A DNA stretch of 64,000 bases from an uncultured Verrucomicrobiae bacterium (GTDB taxonomy: Bacteria; Verrucomicrobiota; Verrucomicrobiia; Chthoniobacterales; UBA10450), in NCBI GenBank assembly GCA_963772365.1, contig CAVYXA010000003.1, forward strand, positions 288,001 through 352,000, given 5' to 3'. Position numbers and translations under genes: made by a program. Below are positions 22,151 through 31,234 of the stretch, piece after piece (the first letter of the stretch is position 1; every line of letters starts with the position of its first letter). The notes under the pieces are model-generated. The model did no database searches and was not told the DNA's origin. It saw only the letters and a list, made by a program, of their open reading frames with translations.

Positions 22151-23359
22151 TCAACGCACGTGTTCGGGGCGCGGACCCAGCCCGATGAAACGGGCGGGAA
22201 TCTGGCGCAGGAGAGGAAAATTGTTCAGGAGACGCGGCAGAATCGGTAATGATTCCTTATCCGATGTTTGCCGGCCGGTGACGACACGACGGTGAATGAA
22301 TGCCTGGACGTATTGAATGACGGCTGCCGGCCATTCGCGCCGCCGTTGGACTTCGCTAAGATCGACAGTCGATACCGGCCCTCGCCGCAGTTTCTCGGCT
22401 AACAAATTCGCAGTGGCCACTGCATCCTGAATGGCCAGATTGATCCCAACGCCGCCCGCCGGCGACATCGCATGCGCAGCGTCCCCGATGCAAAGCAATC
22501 CGTCGCGATACCATTTGCGCAAACGATTGATCTCGACGGTGAGCAGTTTGATCTTTGACCAATCGTCGAGTTCAGCCACTCGGTCGTGTAAGAAACCGGC
22601 CATCTCGACGATGTCGTCCTGAAACTGAGAAAGACCGCGCTGTTTGATCGGTTCAAAGCCGCCTTTGGGAATCACATAGCCGCACTGCCAGTAATCGCCC
22701 CGATCCAGCAGGACGAGTAACTTGCCGTGCCGAAAGAATCCAAGCGTTTGCCCTGGGTCCTCTCCGCACTTGGAAATTCGAGTCCAAAGCACATCAATCG
22801 GCACGCCGAAGTCGCGAACTTCAAATTCCGCGCGATCGCGTGTGGTAGCGCTGCGACCATCGGCGCCGATGACCAAGTCCGCGCGCACTTCCACTTCTCC
22901 GTTTGGCGTTTTGGCACGAACACCAGTCACCCGATCGGCTTCAAATAAAAGATCGACAACTTCTTGTTCCATCTGCAGTTCGAAATTTGGAAAACGCCTG
23001 GCACGCGTCGCGATGAAATTCAGAAAATCCCATTGCGGCATGAAGGCGATGAATTTGCAGTGGGTCGGCAGGCGCGAGAAATCCGCAATGGCCACTCTGT
23101 GGCCATTCACGACGCCGCCGAGCTCAGAGACCTTTTGATGTGGTCGCTGGAGAAATTCCTCGAGCAGGCCGAGTTCATACATCAACTCGAGAGTGGACGG
23201 ATGAATCGTATCGCCTCGAAAGTCACGCAGGAAATCACCATGCTTTTCCAAGACGCGAACTTGCACGCCGGCCCGCGCCAGGAGGAAACCGAGCATCATC
23301 CCAGCCGGTCCGCCGCCAACGACGACACAACGCGCTTTAGAGGTTTCCGGCCAATTCAT
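22151..23359 (-). CDS. FAD-dependent oxidoreductase/monooxygenase
   Basis: GGGPAG Rossmann motif, DFRGDT, GADG, IGDAAHAMSPAGGVGINLAIQD. Confidence 0.92.
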   Translation of the reverse strand: MNWPETSKARCVVVGGGPAGMMLGFLLARAGVQVRVLEKHGDFLRDFRGDTIHPSTLELMYELGLLEEFLQRPHQKVSELGGVVNGHRVAIADFSRLPTHCKFIAFMPQWDFLNFIATRARRFPNFELQMEQEVVDLLFEADRVTGVRAKTPNGEVEVRADLVIGADGRSATTRDRAEFEVRDFGVPIDVLWTRISKCGEDPGQTLGFFRHGKLLVLLDRGDYWQCGYVIPKGGFEPIKQRGLSQFQDDIVEMAGFLHDRVAELDDWSKIKLLTVEINRLRKWYRDGLLCIGDAAHAMSPAGGVGINLAIQDAVATANLLAEKLRRGPVSTVDLSEVQRRREWPAAVIQYVQAFIHRRVVTGRQTSDKESLPILPRLLNNFPLLRQIPARFIGLGPRPEHVR

Positions 23360-23462
23360 TATCCATCAAAATCGCAAGGCTGCGGTGCGCGGTCCTCAAA
23401 AAAAATCCTTGTCATCAAGTTAAGGTGCGCGTCATAAGCGTGGCAAACAGTTTGTCGCTAAT

Positions 23463-26400
23463 ATGGCGAACGAAACTTCATCGACTGAATCTTCGCTCTC
23501 ACTGCACGACGTGCTGGAAGCGGAATTCGTTTCTTTGCATGGCGACCTGCCGCCTGACTATCCGAGCGCCTCGAATCCAGAAAAGCGATTGGAAGCTCTT
23601 TGTACCGCGGTTCACGCGCTGAAAGAAAAGCACGCCGAGCGAACGGCGCTCTGCATATCAGGCGGCGGCATTCGCAGCGCCACGTTCGGCCTCGGCGTTT
23701 TGCAGGGGCTGGCGCGCTGCGGACTGCTCGATAAATTTCATTATCTTTCCACGGTTTCCGGAGGCGGATATATCGGCAGTTGGTTGAGCGCGTGGATCAA
23801 GCACCACACCGGTGGGATTAGCGGAGTGGCAGCGGAACTGAAACGCCGGCCCGAGTCGATCTTTGAACCGGAGCCGCCGCCTATCCGGCATCTTCGACAA
23901 TTCAGCAATTATCTATCGCCACGAGCGAGCCTGACCTCGATGGATTTCTGGACATTGGTCGCCACGTTCATTCGAAACATGTTCTTAAATTGGCTGGTGC
24001 TGATATCGCTGCTGGCTGCGGTGATGATGATCCCGAGACTTTATCTCGCCGCGATGCTGGTGTCGCCTGATTGGAGCGCCGCCACCGATCAGGCGACCCT
24101 CGTTCAAATCATCGACTGGTGGAATTTGCCGCTCAACACAATGCTGGCAGTGGGACTTGTCCTCGTCGCTATCTCGATGGCGTATGCGATTGTTGATGTT
24201 CCTTCCACCGGCAATATGCGTTTGCCGCAGCGCCGGTTTCTGATCTTCCGTCAGCTCCCATTAATATTGGCGGCTCTGATCCTGGCTGAATGGTGGGCGG
24301 TATTTCGCACCGTTCACGGCAGCGATTTGTTTCTGGCAAGGGACTGGCTACCGAGATTTATTGTCTTCTTTCTAGCCTGCTATTTGGCTGGTGGCGTTCT
24401 CGCGCTAGTGGTTCTTTCGTTTCGTCAACGCGAGAAGAAACCGTTGGTTCGTCGCTTGATCAATTCTGTCTGGCGGCTCGGGATGATCGTGATCGCGGCG
24501 GCTATTGCCGGTATTTGCCTGTGGGCAATCGCGATCGGGATGTTCCTGGCCAGTCCGATTCCATTCACATTGAATCGCCCTTGTGAGGCAACGCAGATTC
24601 CGTGGAACAAACAAAAGTTGGTGCTCCCGCAAGGAACCTCCGGGCTCATTACTCGAATTGATCCCAGCTACATCATCCAAGCCGGTGAACAGCGAGGCCG
24701 CATCAGCGCGACCGACCTGGGGCCTTTGCATCTGAAGCCGGGCCAAACGCTTCCGGTTCAAGTCAAACTGAAAAAGGATTTCGAAGCGGTGCCCGAACCC
24801 TGGCGCAAAGAAAGAATGAAACTTGCCGCCGGCACTCAAATTCTCGTTAGGGAACTGGATCGAAAAGTTACAATCGAAACGGCACAAGGGCGCGGTTGGA
24901 TCGGCGAAGATCAAATCGGCGCGTTAGACCTGCCACCGAATCGAAAACTTTCCGACCAGTTCCCCACGCCTGCCCCAGCAAATAATGCTTTGGCCTACGT
25001 CTGTCTTGCCCCGGCGTTGCTGCTGGCCGTGCTGCTGTTGGTTAATTTTTTATTTACCGGACTCGCCAGTTGGGTGACGCAGGATGAGGATCGAGAATGG
25101 TGGGGGCGATCGGCCGCTTGGATTCTCGTGACCGTGTTTGCCTGGATCGTTCTGAACACGATTGTTCTCTGGGGTGCACAGGCGATTTCCGCGACGCCAA
25201 ATCAGCTCGATGTTTTCTTCGGTGAAATCAAAGCGACGCAGCAGGCAAAGGGTCTCCTGGGAGCTTTTGGCGGAGTAACGGGGCTTGCCAGTGCGCTGCT
25301 GGCTTTTCGATCGAAGCTAAGCCGGTGGCTGGGGGAGAAAGCGGCCTTTCATTGGCTTCTAATTATCGTAGCGGCTCTTTTTCTCGTGCTCCTCTCAATC
25401 ATCATTTCATGGCTCCTTGTTCTGCTGGGAGCTCAGGCTTGGGCACAACGCACGACCAATTGGATTCTAGGCAAGCAAGCGGAACTGTTCGATCCTAATT
25501 CCTGGCAGGTTCAACTCTTCGTTATCGTATTTCTCACGGGCGCGATGCTGGTGGTCGGGATCGCGATGGGTTTCTTTATCAATGCCAACAAGTTTTCCCT
25601 TCATGCTACATATCGAAACCGATTAATCCGCGCCTACCTTGCAGCTTCCCGCGACCAACGAAGCCCCAACCCGTTTACCGGTTTCGATCGAGAAGACAAT
25701 TTCCCGCTGTGCGAGCTGCGGCCGGAAAAGCCGCTGCATATCATCAACGGCGCCCTGAATTTGGTAAAAGGCGAACAACTAGCCTGGCAGGAGCGAAAGG
25801 CCGAATCGTTTACAATGAGCCGGCTACACTGCGGCTCATGGCACATTGGCTATCGGTCATCGAGCAAATACGGTGACGAGATTTCGTTGGGCACAGCTAT
25901 GGCAATCTCCGGAGCCGCCGCCAATCCCAACATGGGTTATCACTCCTCGCCAGTGGTCGGTTTTTTGATGACCCTGCTAAACCTGCGCCTCGGTTGGTGG
26001 CTTGGTAATCCAGGCCCGGCGGGCAGAAAAACCTGGACCTACAAAGGTCCCGGCTATTCTGTCGGGCCGCTGTTTTCCGAATCCATTGGCGACACAACCG
26101 ATCACTACAAGTACGTGAATCTTTCTGATGGCGGCCACTTCGATAATCTCGGGCTTTACGAGATGGTCTTGCGCCGCTGCCATTTCATTGTGGTGAGCGA
26201 CGCCGGGGAGGATCTGGAATGTTCGTTTGTCGATCTTGGTGAAGTCGTCCGCAAGATTCGGATCGACCTTGGTATCCCGATTGAGTTTGGCGAACCGCGG
26301 ATGACCATTTACCCGCGGAGCGCTCAGGACATCCCAAATCCCCCCGGAGGCCACAACTGCGCCATCGGCCGCATTCGTTATTCCGCGATGGACGGCGACA

Positions 26401-26693
26401 ACGCGCCAGACGGCGTGATTATTTACGTCAAACCTGCTTGTTATGGGGACGAACCACGCGACATCTACGAATACTTCAAAACAAATCCAACTTTTCCCCA
26501 CGAAACCACCGCCGACCAATTTTTCTCTGAGTCGCAGTTCGAAAGCTATCGGATGCTCGGCGCCTACACGATGGGGAAGCTGTGTGCCGAGTGCGGCGGC
26601 GATTTCGGTGTTTTCATTCGTTCTATTCTCAAACAGCACCTGAACATCGAACCGCCGCAATGGCTCGCACCATTAATTCAGGAAGCCTCCTGA
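23463..26693 (+). CDS. Membrane-embedded patatin/cPLA2-like phospholipase
   Basis: SGGGIRSA oxyanion motif, STVSGG nucleophile, SDGGHFDN catalytic Asp; large multi-TM insert between them. Confidence 0.85.
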   Translation: MANETSSTESSLSLHDVLEAEFVSLHGDLPPDYPSASNPEKRLEALCTAVHALKEKHAERTALCISGGGIRSATFGLGVLQGLARCGLLDKFHYLSTVSGGGYIGSWLSAWIKHHTGGISGVAAELKRRPESIFEPEPPPIRHLRQFSNYLSPRASLTSMDFWTLVATFIRNMFLNWLVLISLLAAVMMIPRLYLAAMLVSPDWSAATDQATLVQIIDWWNLPLNTMLAVGLVLVAISMAYAIVDVPSTGNMRLPQRRFLIFRQLPLILAALILAEWWAVFRTVHGSDLFLARDWLPRFIVFFLACYLAGGVLALVVLSFRQREKKPLVRRLINSVWRLGMIVIAAAIAGICLWAIAIGMFLASPIPFTLNRPCEATQIPWNKQKLVLPQGTSGLITRIDPSYIIQAGEQRGRISATDLGPLHLKPGQTLPVQVKLKKDFEAVPEPWRKERMKLAAGTQILVRELDRKVTIETAQGRGWIGEDQIGALDLPPNRKLSDQFPTPAPANNALAYVCLAPALLLAVLLLVNFLFTGLASWVTQDEDREWWGRSAAWILVTVFAWIVLNTIVLWGAQAISATPNQLDVFFGEIKATQQAKGLLGAFGGVTGLASALLAFRSKLSRWLGEKAAFHWLLIIVAALFLVLLSIIISWLLVLLGAQAWAQRTTNWILGKQAELFDPNSWQVQLFVIVFLTGAMLVVGIAMGFFINANKFSLHATYRNRLIRAYLAASRDQRSPNPFTGFDREDNFPLCELRPEKPLHIINGALNLVKGEQLAWQERKAESFTMSRLHCGSWHIGYRSSSKYGDEISLGTAMAISGAAANPNMGYHSSPVVGFLMTLLNLRLGWWLGNPGPAGRKTWTYKGPGYSVGPLFSESIGDTTDHYKYVNLSDGGHFDNLGLYEMVLRRCHFIVVSDAGEDLECSFVDLGEVVRKIRIDLGIPIEFGEPRMTIYPRSAQDIPNPPGGHNCAIGRIRYSAMDGDNAPDGVIIYVKPACYGDEPRDIYEYFKTNPTFPHETTADQFFSESQFESYRMLGAYTMGKLCAECGGDFGVFIRSILKQHLNIEPPQWLAPLIQEAS

Positions 26694-26736
26694 GATCGGT
26701 TCAAAATTCCTTGCCAGAGCGTTCGCTGGCGCACTT

Positions 26737-26901
26737 ATGAATCGCGGTGAGGTGAAGTTGTTGCCAACAGTCACACCCGATTTTTGCCGTCTCGCACGAA
26801 TCGGAACGTGGCTTGCTTTGTGCGCGCTGCTCGCAATCGCCGGGTGCAAAAGATCCCAGATTGTCGATGAAGCGTATTTCGGATCTGCCGCCAATTTGTG
26901 A
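26737..26901 (+). pseudogene. 5' fragment of a lipoprotein gene
   Basis: Hand translation: MNRGE...WLALCALLAIAG|CKRSQIVDEA lipobox, then an abrupt switch at ~26873 and a stop. Confidence 0.55.
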
Positions 26902-26969
26902 CGGTTCGCGGCGGAGGATATTTCTTCCTGCCAAGTTTGCGCGCGCTGCGTTACTTCGCCCGGTCTTAA
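26873..26969 (+). pseudogene. 3' fragment of a Dyp-type peroxidase gene
   Basis: Hand translation RISDLP/(+1)QFVTVRGGGYFFLPSLRALRYFARS* matches the recalled Dyp C-terminal motif FVTxRGGxYFFLP. Confidence 0.65.
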
Positions 26970-27120
26970 GGGTGCCTTTCGTGAAGCGTCGATTGTCCCA
27001 CCGACAACGCCTGCCGAGTGTCGTGCTGAAATTTACAAACAAAAAGCGTGACATTGGCAAATCCGCTTTTGTAATCTCGACGTCACGGAATCCGTTCCGG
27101 ATCCCTCAACCATCTTATTT

Positions 27121-29349
27121 ATGAAAAGAAAATCCGCCAAGCGATCAGCATTCTTTAATGTTCGGGCCCTGTTGGGCATTCTGTTGTGCGTTGCCGGCCT
27201 AACCATTGGCCTTGTGGCGTTCAATAAACTCTCGGCGCAATCGCCACGATCCTGGAATCCGCAAGTGACCAGTCAGGCGCAGTACCGCGGCGTGTTGCGG
27301 ATTGTAAAATTCGACGTTTCACCTCCCTTGCGCAACATCGCACCGATTCCTCCGCACGCGGGTAGTTTGCGGGACAACGAAGAGCGCGATGTAATTCCGC
27401 GCGGTCTCAGCAGCCTGTTTCAACACGACCCAGTTGTTCAGGCGATTAAAGGGAGAATCTCGATTCCTGCTCCGATTATCAGCTTTAATGGTCCGACTAA
27501 CCTCTCAGGCGTTTATCCTCCGGACCCGAATGGAGCCGTTGGTCCCAATCATGTTGTGGTCATGTCGAACTTGTATTTCCAAGTGTTCAACAAGAGCGGC
27601 GGCTCGGTCTATGGTCCCGCCGCGAACAACACGCTCTGGGCCGGCTTTGGCGGCGCTTGTCAGACGCAAAATTCGGGCGATCCGGTTGTTGTTTACGATC
27701 AATTAGCTGATCGCTGGTTGCTTACCCAATTTACCGGCTCGCCTCCGTACTTGGAATGTGTAGCACTTTCCCAGACGTCCGACCCAGCGGGTGCGTATTA
27801 TCGCTGGGCGATCTCGACAGGAAATAATTTCCCTGATTACCCTAAAGCGGCTATGTGGCCAGATGCGTATTACTTTAGTACGCGCGAATTTCTGAATGGA
27901 GGCGCTTTTGTCGGTATAGGCGCGTACGCTCTGAACCGGGCGCAGGCTCTGGCGGGCGATCCCAACGCCCAGGTAATCTCGTTTTTGGCTCCTCCGACAC
28001 CGGCTTATAATGTCGGTGATGGCTTGCTGCCGGCCGACCTCGATGGTTTTACACTACCGCCGTCTGGCAGCCCCGAATTTTATATCGGCTCGATGGACAA
28101 TAATGGCGGATATGGCGCGCCTCAGGATGCGCTGACTGTCTGGAAGTTTGTGGCGGACTTCGCGAATGCGCCGATGTCCAGTTTTACTCTGACAAACACA
28201 ATTCCGACAGCGCCGTTCAATTCGATCCTGGCTCTCTGCGGAGCGGGCCGCAATTGCATCCCACAGCCAAACACCACCGTTCGGCTCGACCACCAGGGTT
28301 ATCGGCAACGACCGCTGTTTCGCGCCGCTTACCGAAACTTCGGCGGCCACGAATCCATCGTAACCAATCAATCCGTCTCGGCGGGTACTGGTCCCAATGG
28401 AGAAGTATCGGGTATTCGATGGTGGGAACTACGCAGTCCAAATAGTAGCCCGACTATTTTTCAGGAGGGAACGTATGCGCCCGGGCTGACGGATGGGATT
28501 CATCGGTGGTTTGGGAGCGTGGCAATGAATGCAGCCGGAGATATGGCACTCGGTTATAGCGCTTCAAACAACACAAATCCGGCGGTGTTTCCGAGCGTGT
28601 ATTACACAGGGCGCCTTGCCAGCGATCCACTCGGACAAATGACACTGGGCGAGGGAGTCATTGTTAATGGAACGGGTTCGCAGACAGGGACGGCCAGCCG
28701 CTGGGGAGATTACACGTCCATGGTTGTCGATCCTGTTGATGATAGTACTTTTTGGTACATCAATGAGTGGGTTCCCACGACCAGTGCTGTGGGATGGGTA
28801 ACACGCGTTGGCGCATTTCAATTTGCACCGAGCGTACTCAGCGCAGTATCGCGCAAAACGCATACGGGAGTAGGAGACTTCGACATTGCGCTGCCGCTTA
28901 CCGGCACACCGGGAATCGAATGCCGCACTGGCGGAGCGACGAACGACTACACGATGGTCGTGACCTTTTCCGGTAACGTGAGTATCACGGGCAGTCCGCA
29001 GGCGGAAGTCACAGTGGGCGCCGGCTGCGTGGGGAGTGGCGGCGCGTGCAATGGTGGAATGGTAACCGTTAGCGGGGCGGTAGTAACCATCCCACTGACC
29101 AACGTTGCCGATGATCAGACAATCAACGTGCGGCTCAACGGAGTGAACGGAGGCGCCAATGTAACCATCCCAATGTCGAGGATCGCGGGCGACACGAATG
29201 GCAATGGAGCTGTCACGAGCTCGGATGTTGCTCAAACAAAGGGACGCATTGGGCAACCGGTGGATACGACCAATTTCCGTTCGGACGTGAACGCCAGCGG
29301 CGGGATCAATTCGACTGACGTCACCGTCGTTAAACAGAATCTGCCTTAA
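27121..29349 (+). CDS. Secreted beta-rich protein of unknown function with dockerin-like module
   Basis: Basic plus hydrophobic N-terminus; PPDPNGAVGPNH, GDPVVVYD, PDYP, RWGDY motifs; shared tail. Confidence 0.8.
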   Translation: MKRKSAKRSAFFNVRALLGILLCVAGLTIGLVAFNKLSAQSPRSWNPQVTSQAQYRGVLRIVKFDVSPPLRNIAPIPPHAGSLRDNEERDVIPRGLSSLFQHDPVVQAIKGRISIPAPIISFNGPTNLSGVYPPDPNGAVGPNHVVVMSNLYFQVFNKSGGSVYGPAANNTLWAGFGGACQTQNSGDPVVVYDQLADRWLLTQFTGSPPYLECVALSQTSDPAGAYYRWAISTGNNFPDYPKAAMWPDAYYFSTREFLNGGAFVGIGAYALNRAQALAGDPNAQVISFLAPPTPAYNVGDGLLPADLDGFTLPPSGSPEFYIGSMDNNGGYGAPQDALTVWKFVADFANAPMSSFTLTNTIPTAPFNSILALCGAGRNCIPQPNTTVRLDHQGYRQRPLFRAAYRNFGGHESIVTNQSVSAGTGPNGEVSGIRWWELRSPNSSPTIFQEGTYAPGLTDGIHRWFGSVAMNAAGDMALGYSASNNTNPAVFPSVYYTGRLASDPLGQMTLGEGVIVNGTGSQTGTASRWGDYTSMVVDPVDDSTFWYINEWVPTTSAVGWVTRVGAFQFAPSVLSAVSRKTHTGVGDFDIALPLTGTPGIECRTGGATNDYTMVVTFSGNVSITGSPQAEVTVGAGCVGSGGACNGGMVTVSGAVVTIPLTNVADDQTINVRLNGVNGGANVTIPMSRIAGDTNGNGAVTSSDVAQTKGRIGQPVDTTNFRSDVNASGGINSTDVTVVKQNLP

Positions 29350-29369
29350 CCTAATCGAGAACCGAGAAG

Positions 29370-29412
29370 TCATGGCGGACAGACGAACAATCTGTCCGCC
29401 ATGAACTTTTTT
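29370..29412 (+). terminator. Rho-independent terminator candidate
   Basis: Perfect 14-bp stem TCATGGCGGACAGA / TCTGTCCGCCATGA followed by a T-run, about 20 nt after the stop. Confidence 0.7.
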
Positions 29413-29460
29413 CGCCGGGAAGAGCTTGTTTCAAAAGTGTGCCGGAATAAGTTTCAAGCC

Positions 29461-29703
29461 GTGAAAGCAAAAGTGATCGTCATGCCAAAGGCTGCCGTCC
29501 TCGACCCGCAGGGAAATGCCGTACGTGATGCGATGCGCCATTTGGGCATGCCGGAAGTGCGTAGCGTTCGAATTGGCAAGTACATGGAGATCGAAACGGA
29601 TGGCGAAGATGGCGATCTTGAGAAACGATTGCACGGGCTCTGCCGCGATTTGCTGTCGAATCCGGTGATCGAAGATTACGAACTGCGTAAGAGCGAATCG
29701 TAA
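29461..29703 (+). CDS. purS: FGAM synthase subunit PurS
   Basis: VLDPQG, VRIGK, LLSNPVIEDY; adjacent to purQ. Confidence 0.95.
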   Translation: MKAKVIVMPKAAVLDPQGNAVRDAMRHLGMPEVRSVRIGKYMEIETDGEDGDLEKRLHGLCRDLLSNPVIEDYELRKSES

Positions 29704-29789
29704 AACAGGCCATCTTGCCTGACGATGCGTCTCAAGGATCGACAGTGCGGACATTGGCCTTCTGCCGAGGGCTGGATTAAAGATAGGAG

Positions 29790-30524
29790 ATGAAGTTCGC
29801 CGTTATTCAATTTCCAGGATCCAATTGCGACCAAGACTGCATCGCGGCCATTAACGGCATCGACGGTTTGCAAGCCGAATACGTCTGGCACAAGGAAGAG
29901 TCACTTAAAGGCTTTGATGCAGTTGTGATTCCGGGCGGATTTTCCTACGGCGATTATCTTCGCTGCGGCGCAATCGCCCGATTTTCACCAATCATGAAAG
30001 CTGTGATCAGCGATGCGCGAGCCGGAAAACTTATCCTGGGCACTTGCAATGGCTTCCAAATTCTTTGCGAAGCGGGCCTTTTACCCGGTGCGCTAGTCCG
30101 AAATCGTTCCTTGCGCTTTATTTGTGAAATAGTGACCACGCGTGTCGAAGTTCCGGATTCGCCGTTCACTCATGGCTGCCCGGAGGGATCGCTATTGAGA
30201 TTGCCGCTCGCCCACGGCGAAGGGTGCTTCTTTGCCGATCGACAAACGCTTGAGGAGCTGAATTTGAACCGGCAAGTGATCTTGCGCTACGCCGATAAAC
30301 AGAGGTGCATCGTCCCAGAAGCGAATCCAAACGGTTCGATCGAAAATATCGCCGGGATTTGTAATCGTGAGAAGAACGTGTTCGGGCTGATGCCTCACCC
30401 TGATCGAGCGTCGGACGCACGCCTTGGCAGTGCAGACGGCGCGAAAATTTTTCGGTCGATGATGCAAACGATAGCGGCGAACCAAAATAACGCCGCTGGC
30501 GACTTGGCTCAGCGGGTTGCCTGA
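29790..30524 (+). CDS. purQ: FGAM synthase glutaminase subunit PurQ
   Basis: FPGSNCD, PGGFSYGDYLR, GTCNGFQ, NPNGS, MPHP. Confidence 0.97.
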   Translation: MKFAVIQFPGSNCDQDCIAAINGIDGLQAEYVWHKEESLKGFDAVVIPGGFSYGDYLRCGAIARFSPIMKAVISDARAGKLILGTCNGFQILCEAGLLPGALVRNRSLRFICEIVTTRVEVPDSPFTHGCPEGSLLRLPLAHGEGCFFADRQTLEELNLNRQVILRYADKQRCIVPEANPNGSIENIAGICNREKNVFGLMPHPDRASDARLGSADGAKIFRSMMQTIAANQNNAAGDLAQRVA

Positions 30525-30698
30525 GTCTTTTCACGAAGAAGACGAAACTTGTCGATGGTGCGACAATTCGTCATGTCGGCAAGCCAGACAGGAGTGTAGC
30601 GGAAATGTACACAAAATCGGCCCAGGTTTGGTGCTTCCTTAGGGAAAAATCGGTTGGTACCGGCATTGCTTGGAAAGGTCGATCAAAACCCTACGCTT

Positions 30699-31175
30699 AT
30701 GTTGTTACAAAAAACCTTGCACATGAATGAACCGTTGGCGGAATGCCGGGCGCGATTGGCCAGTATCCAATCTTACAGGCGCCAATTCCTGATGATCACC
30801 AAGGCCACACTGACCTCGTCGAAAACAATAGACTTTAGTTTTCGCGGGCCATTTGGTTTCAAAGCGAACACTGTGCTCCTGGCAGCGGAGAGCGAGTCGC
30901 CGGAAGAGTTCGCGTTTGAATCGGTGGGAGGAAACATCGAGATGATGGGGCTGATCGATTTCACCGAGATTCGGCCCAACTGCACCGAGGTGACGCTGGC
31001 TCTTCACTACGAGATCAAGAATAAATTGTTCGCCTGGCTCGATCGGCATCTTCATTTTATGGATGCGTTCGTCACGGGAGAGCTGCGCAGCATTCGCGCG
31101 CACTTTGAACGAACCGTTGCACCTCACCGTGAGTATGTCCCGGCATTCCCAGTCTGGGAAACTGCTGCGGCGTAA
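30699..31175 (+). CDS. SRPBCC/polyketide-cyclase-like protein
   Basis: Size and pattern (G.I.F...TEVTLALHYE, C-terminal helix) resemble SRPBCC. Confidence 0.55.
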   Translation: MLLQKTLHMNEPLAECRARLASIQSYRRQFLMITKATLTSSKTIDFSFRGPFGFKANTVLLAAESESPEEFAFESVGGNIEMMGLIDFTEIRPNCTEVTLALHYEIKNKLFAWLDRHLHFMDAFVTGELRSIRAHFERTVAPHREYVPAFPVWETAAA

Positions 31176-31234
31176 GATCGACAATTCTTCAATTCCGACG
31201 CACGGGTCTTGCAACGGCCCGTGCGTCTTTACTT

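Noticed and set aside
26701..27124. ORF-track proteins 26701..27060 and 26813..27124
   Set aside because: Better explained by the lipoprotein and Dyp fragments in other frames plus a promoter region
17411..29349. Shared C-terminal module as a DGR, shufflon or recent gene-conversion cassette
   Set aside because: Copies differ at many synonymous positions with no adenine-specific pattern that I could see; no reverse transcriptase or recombinase in the window
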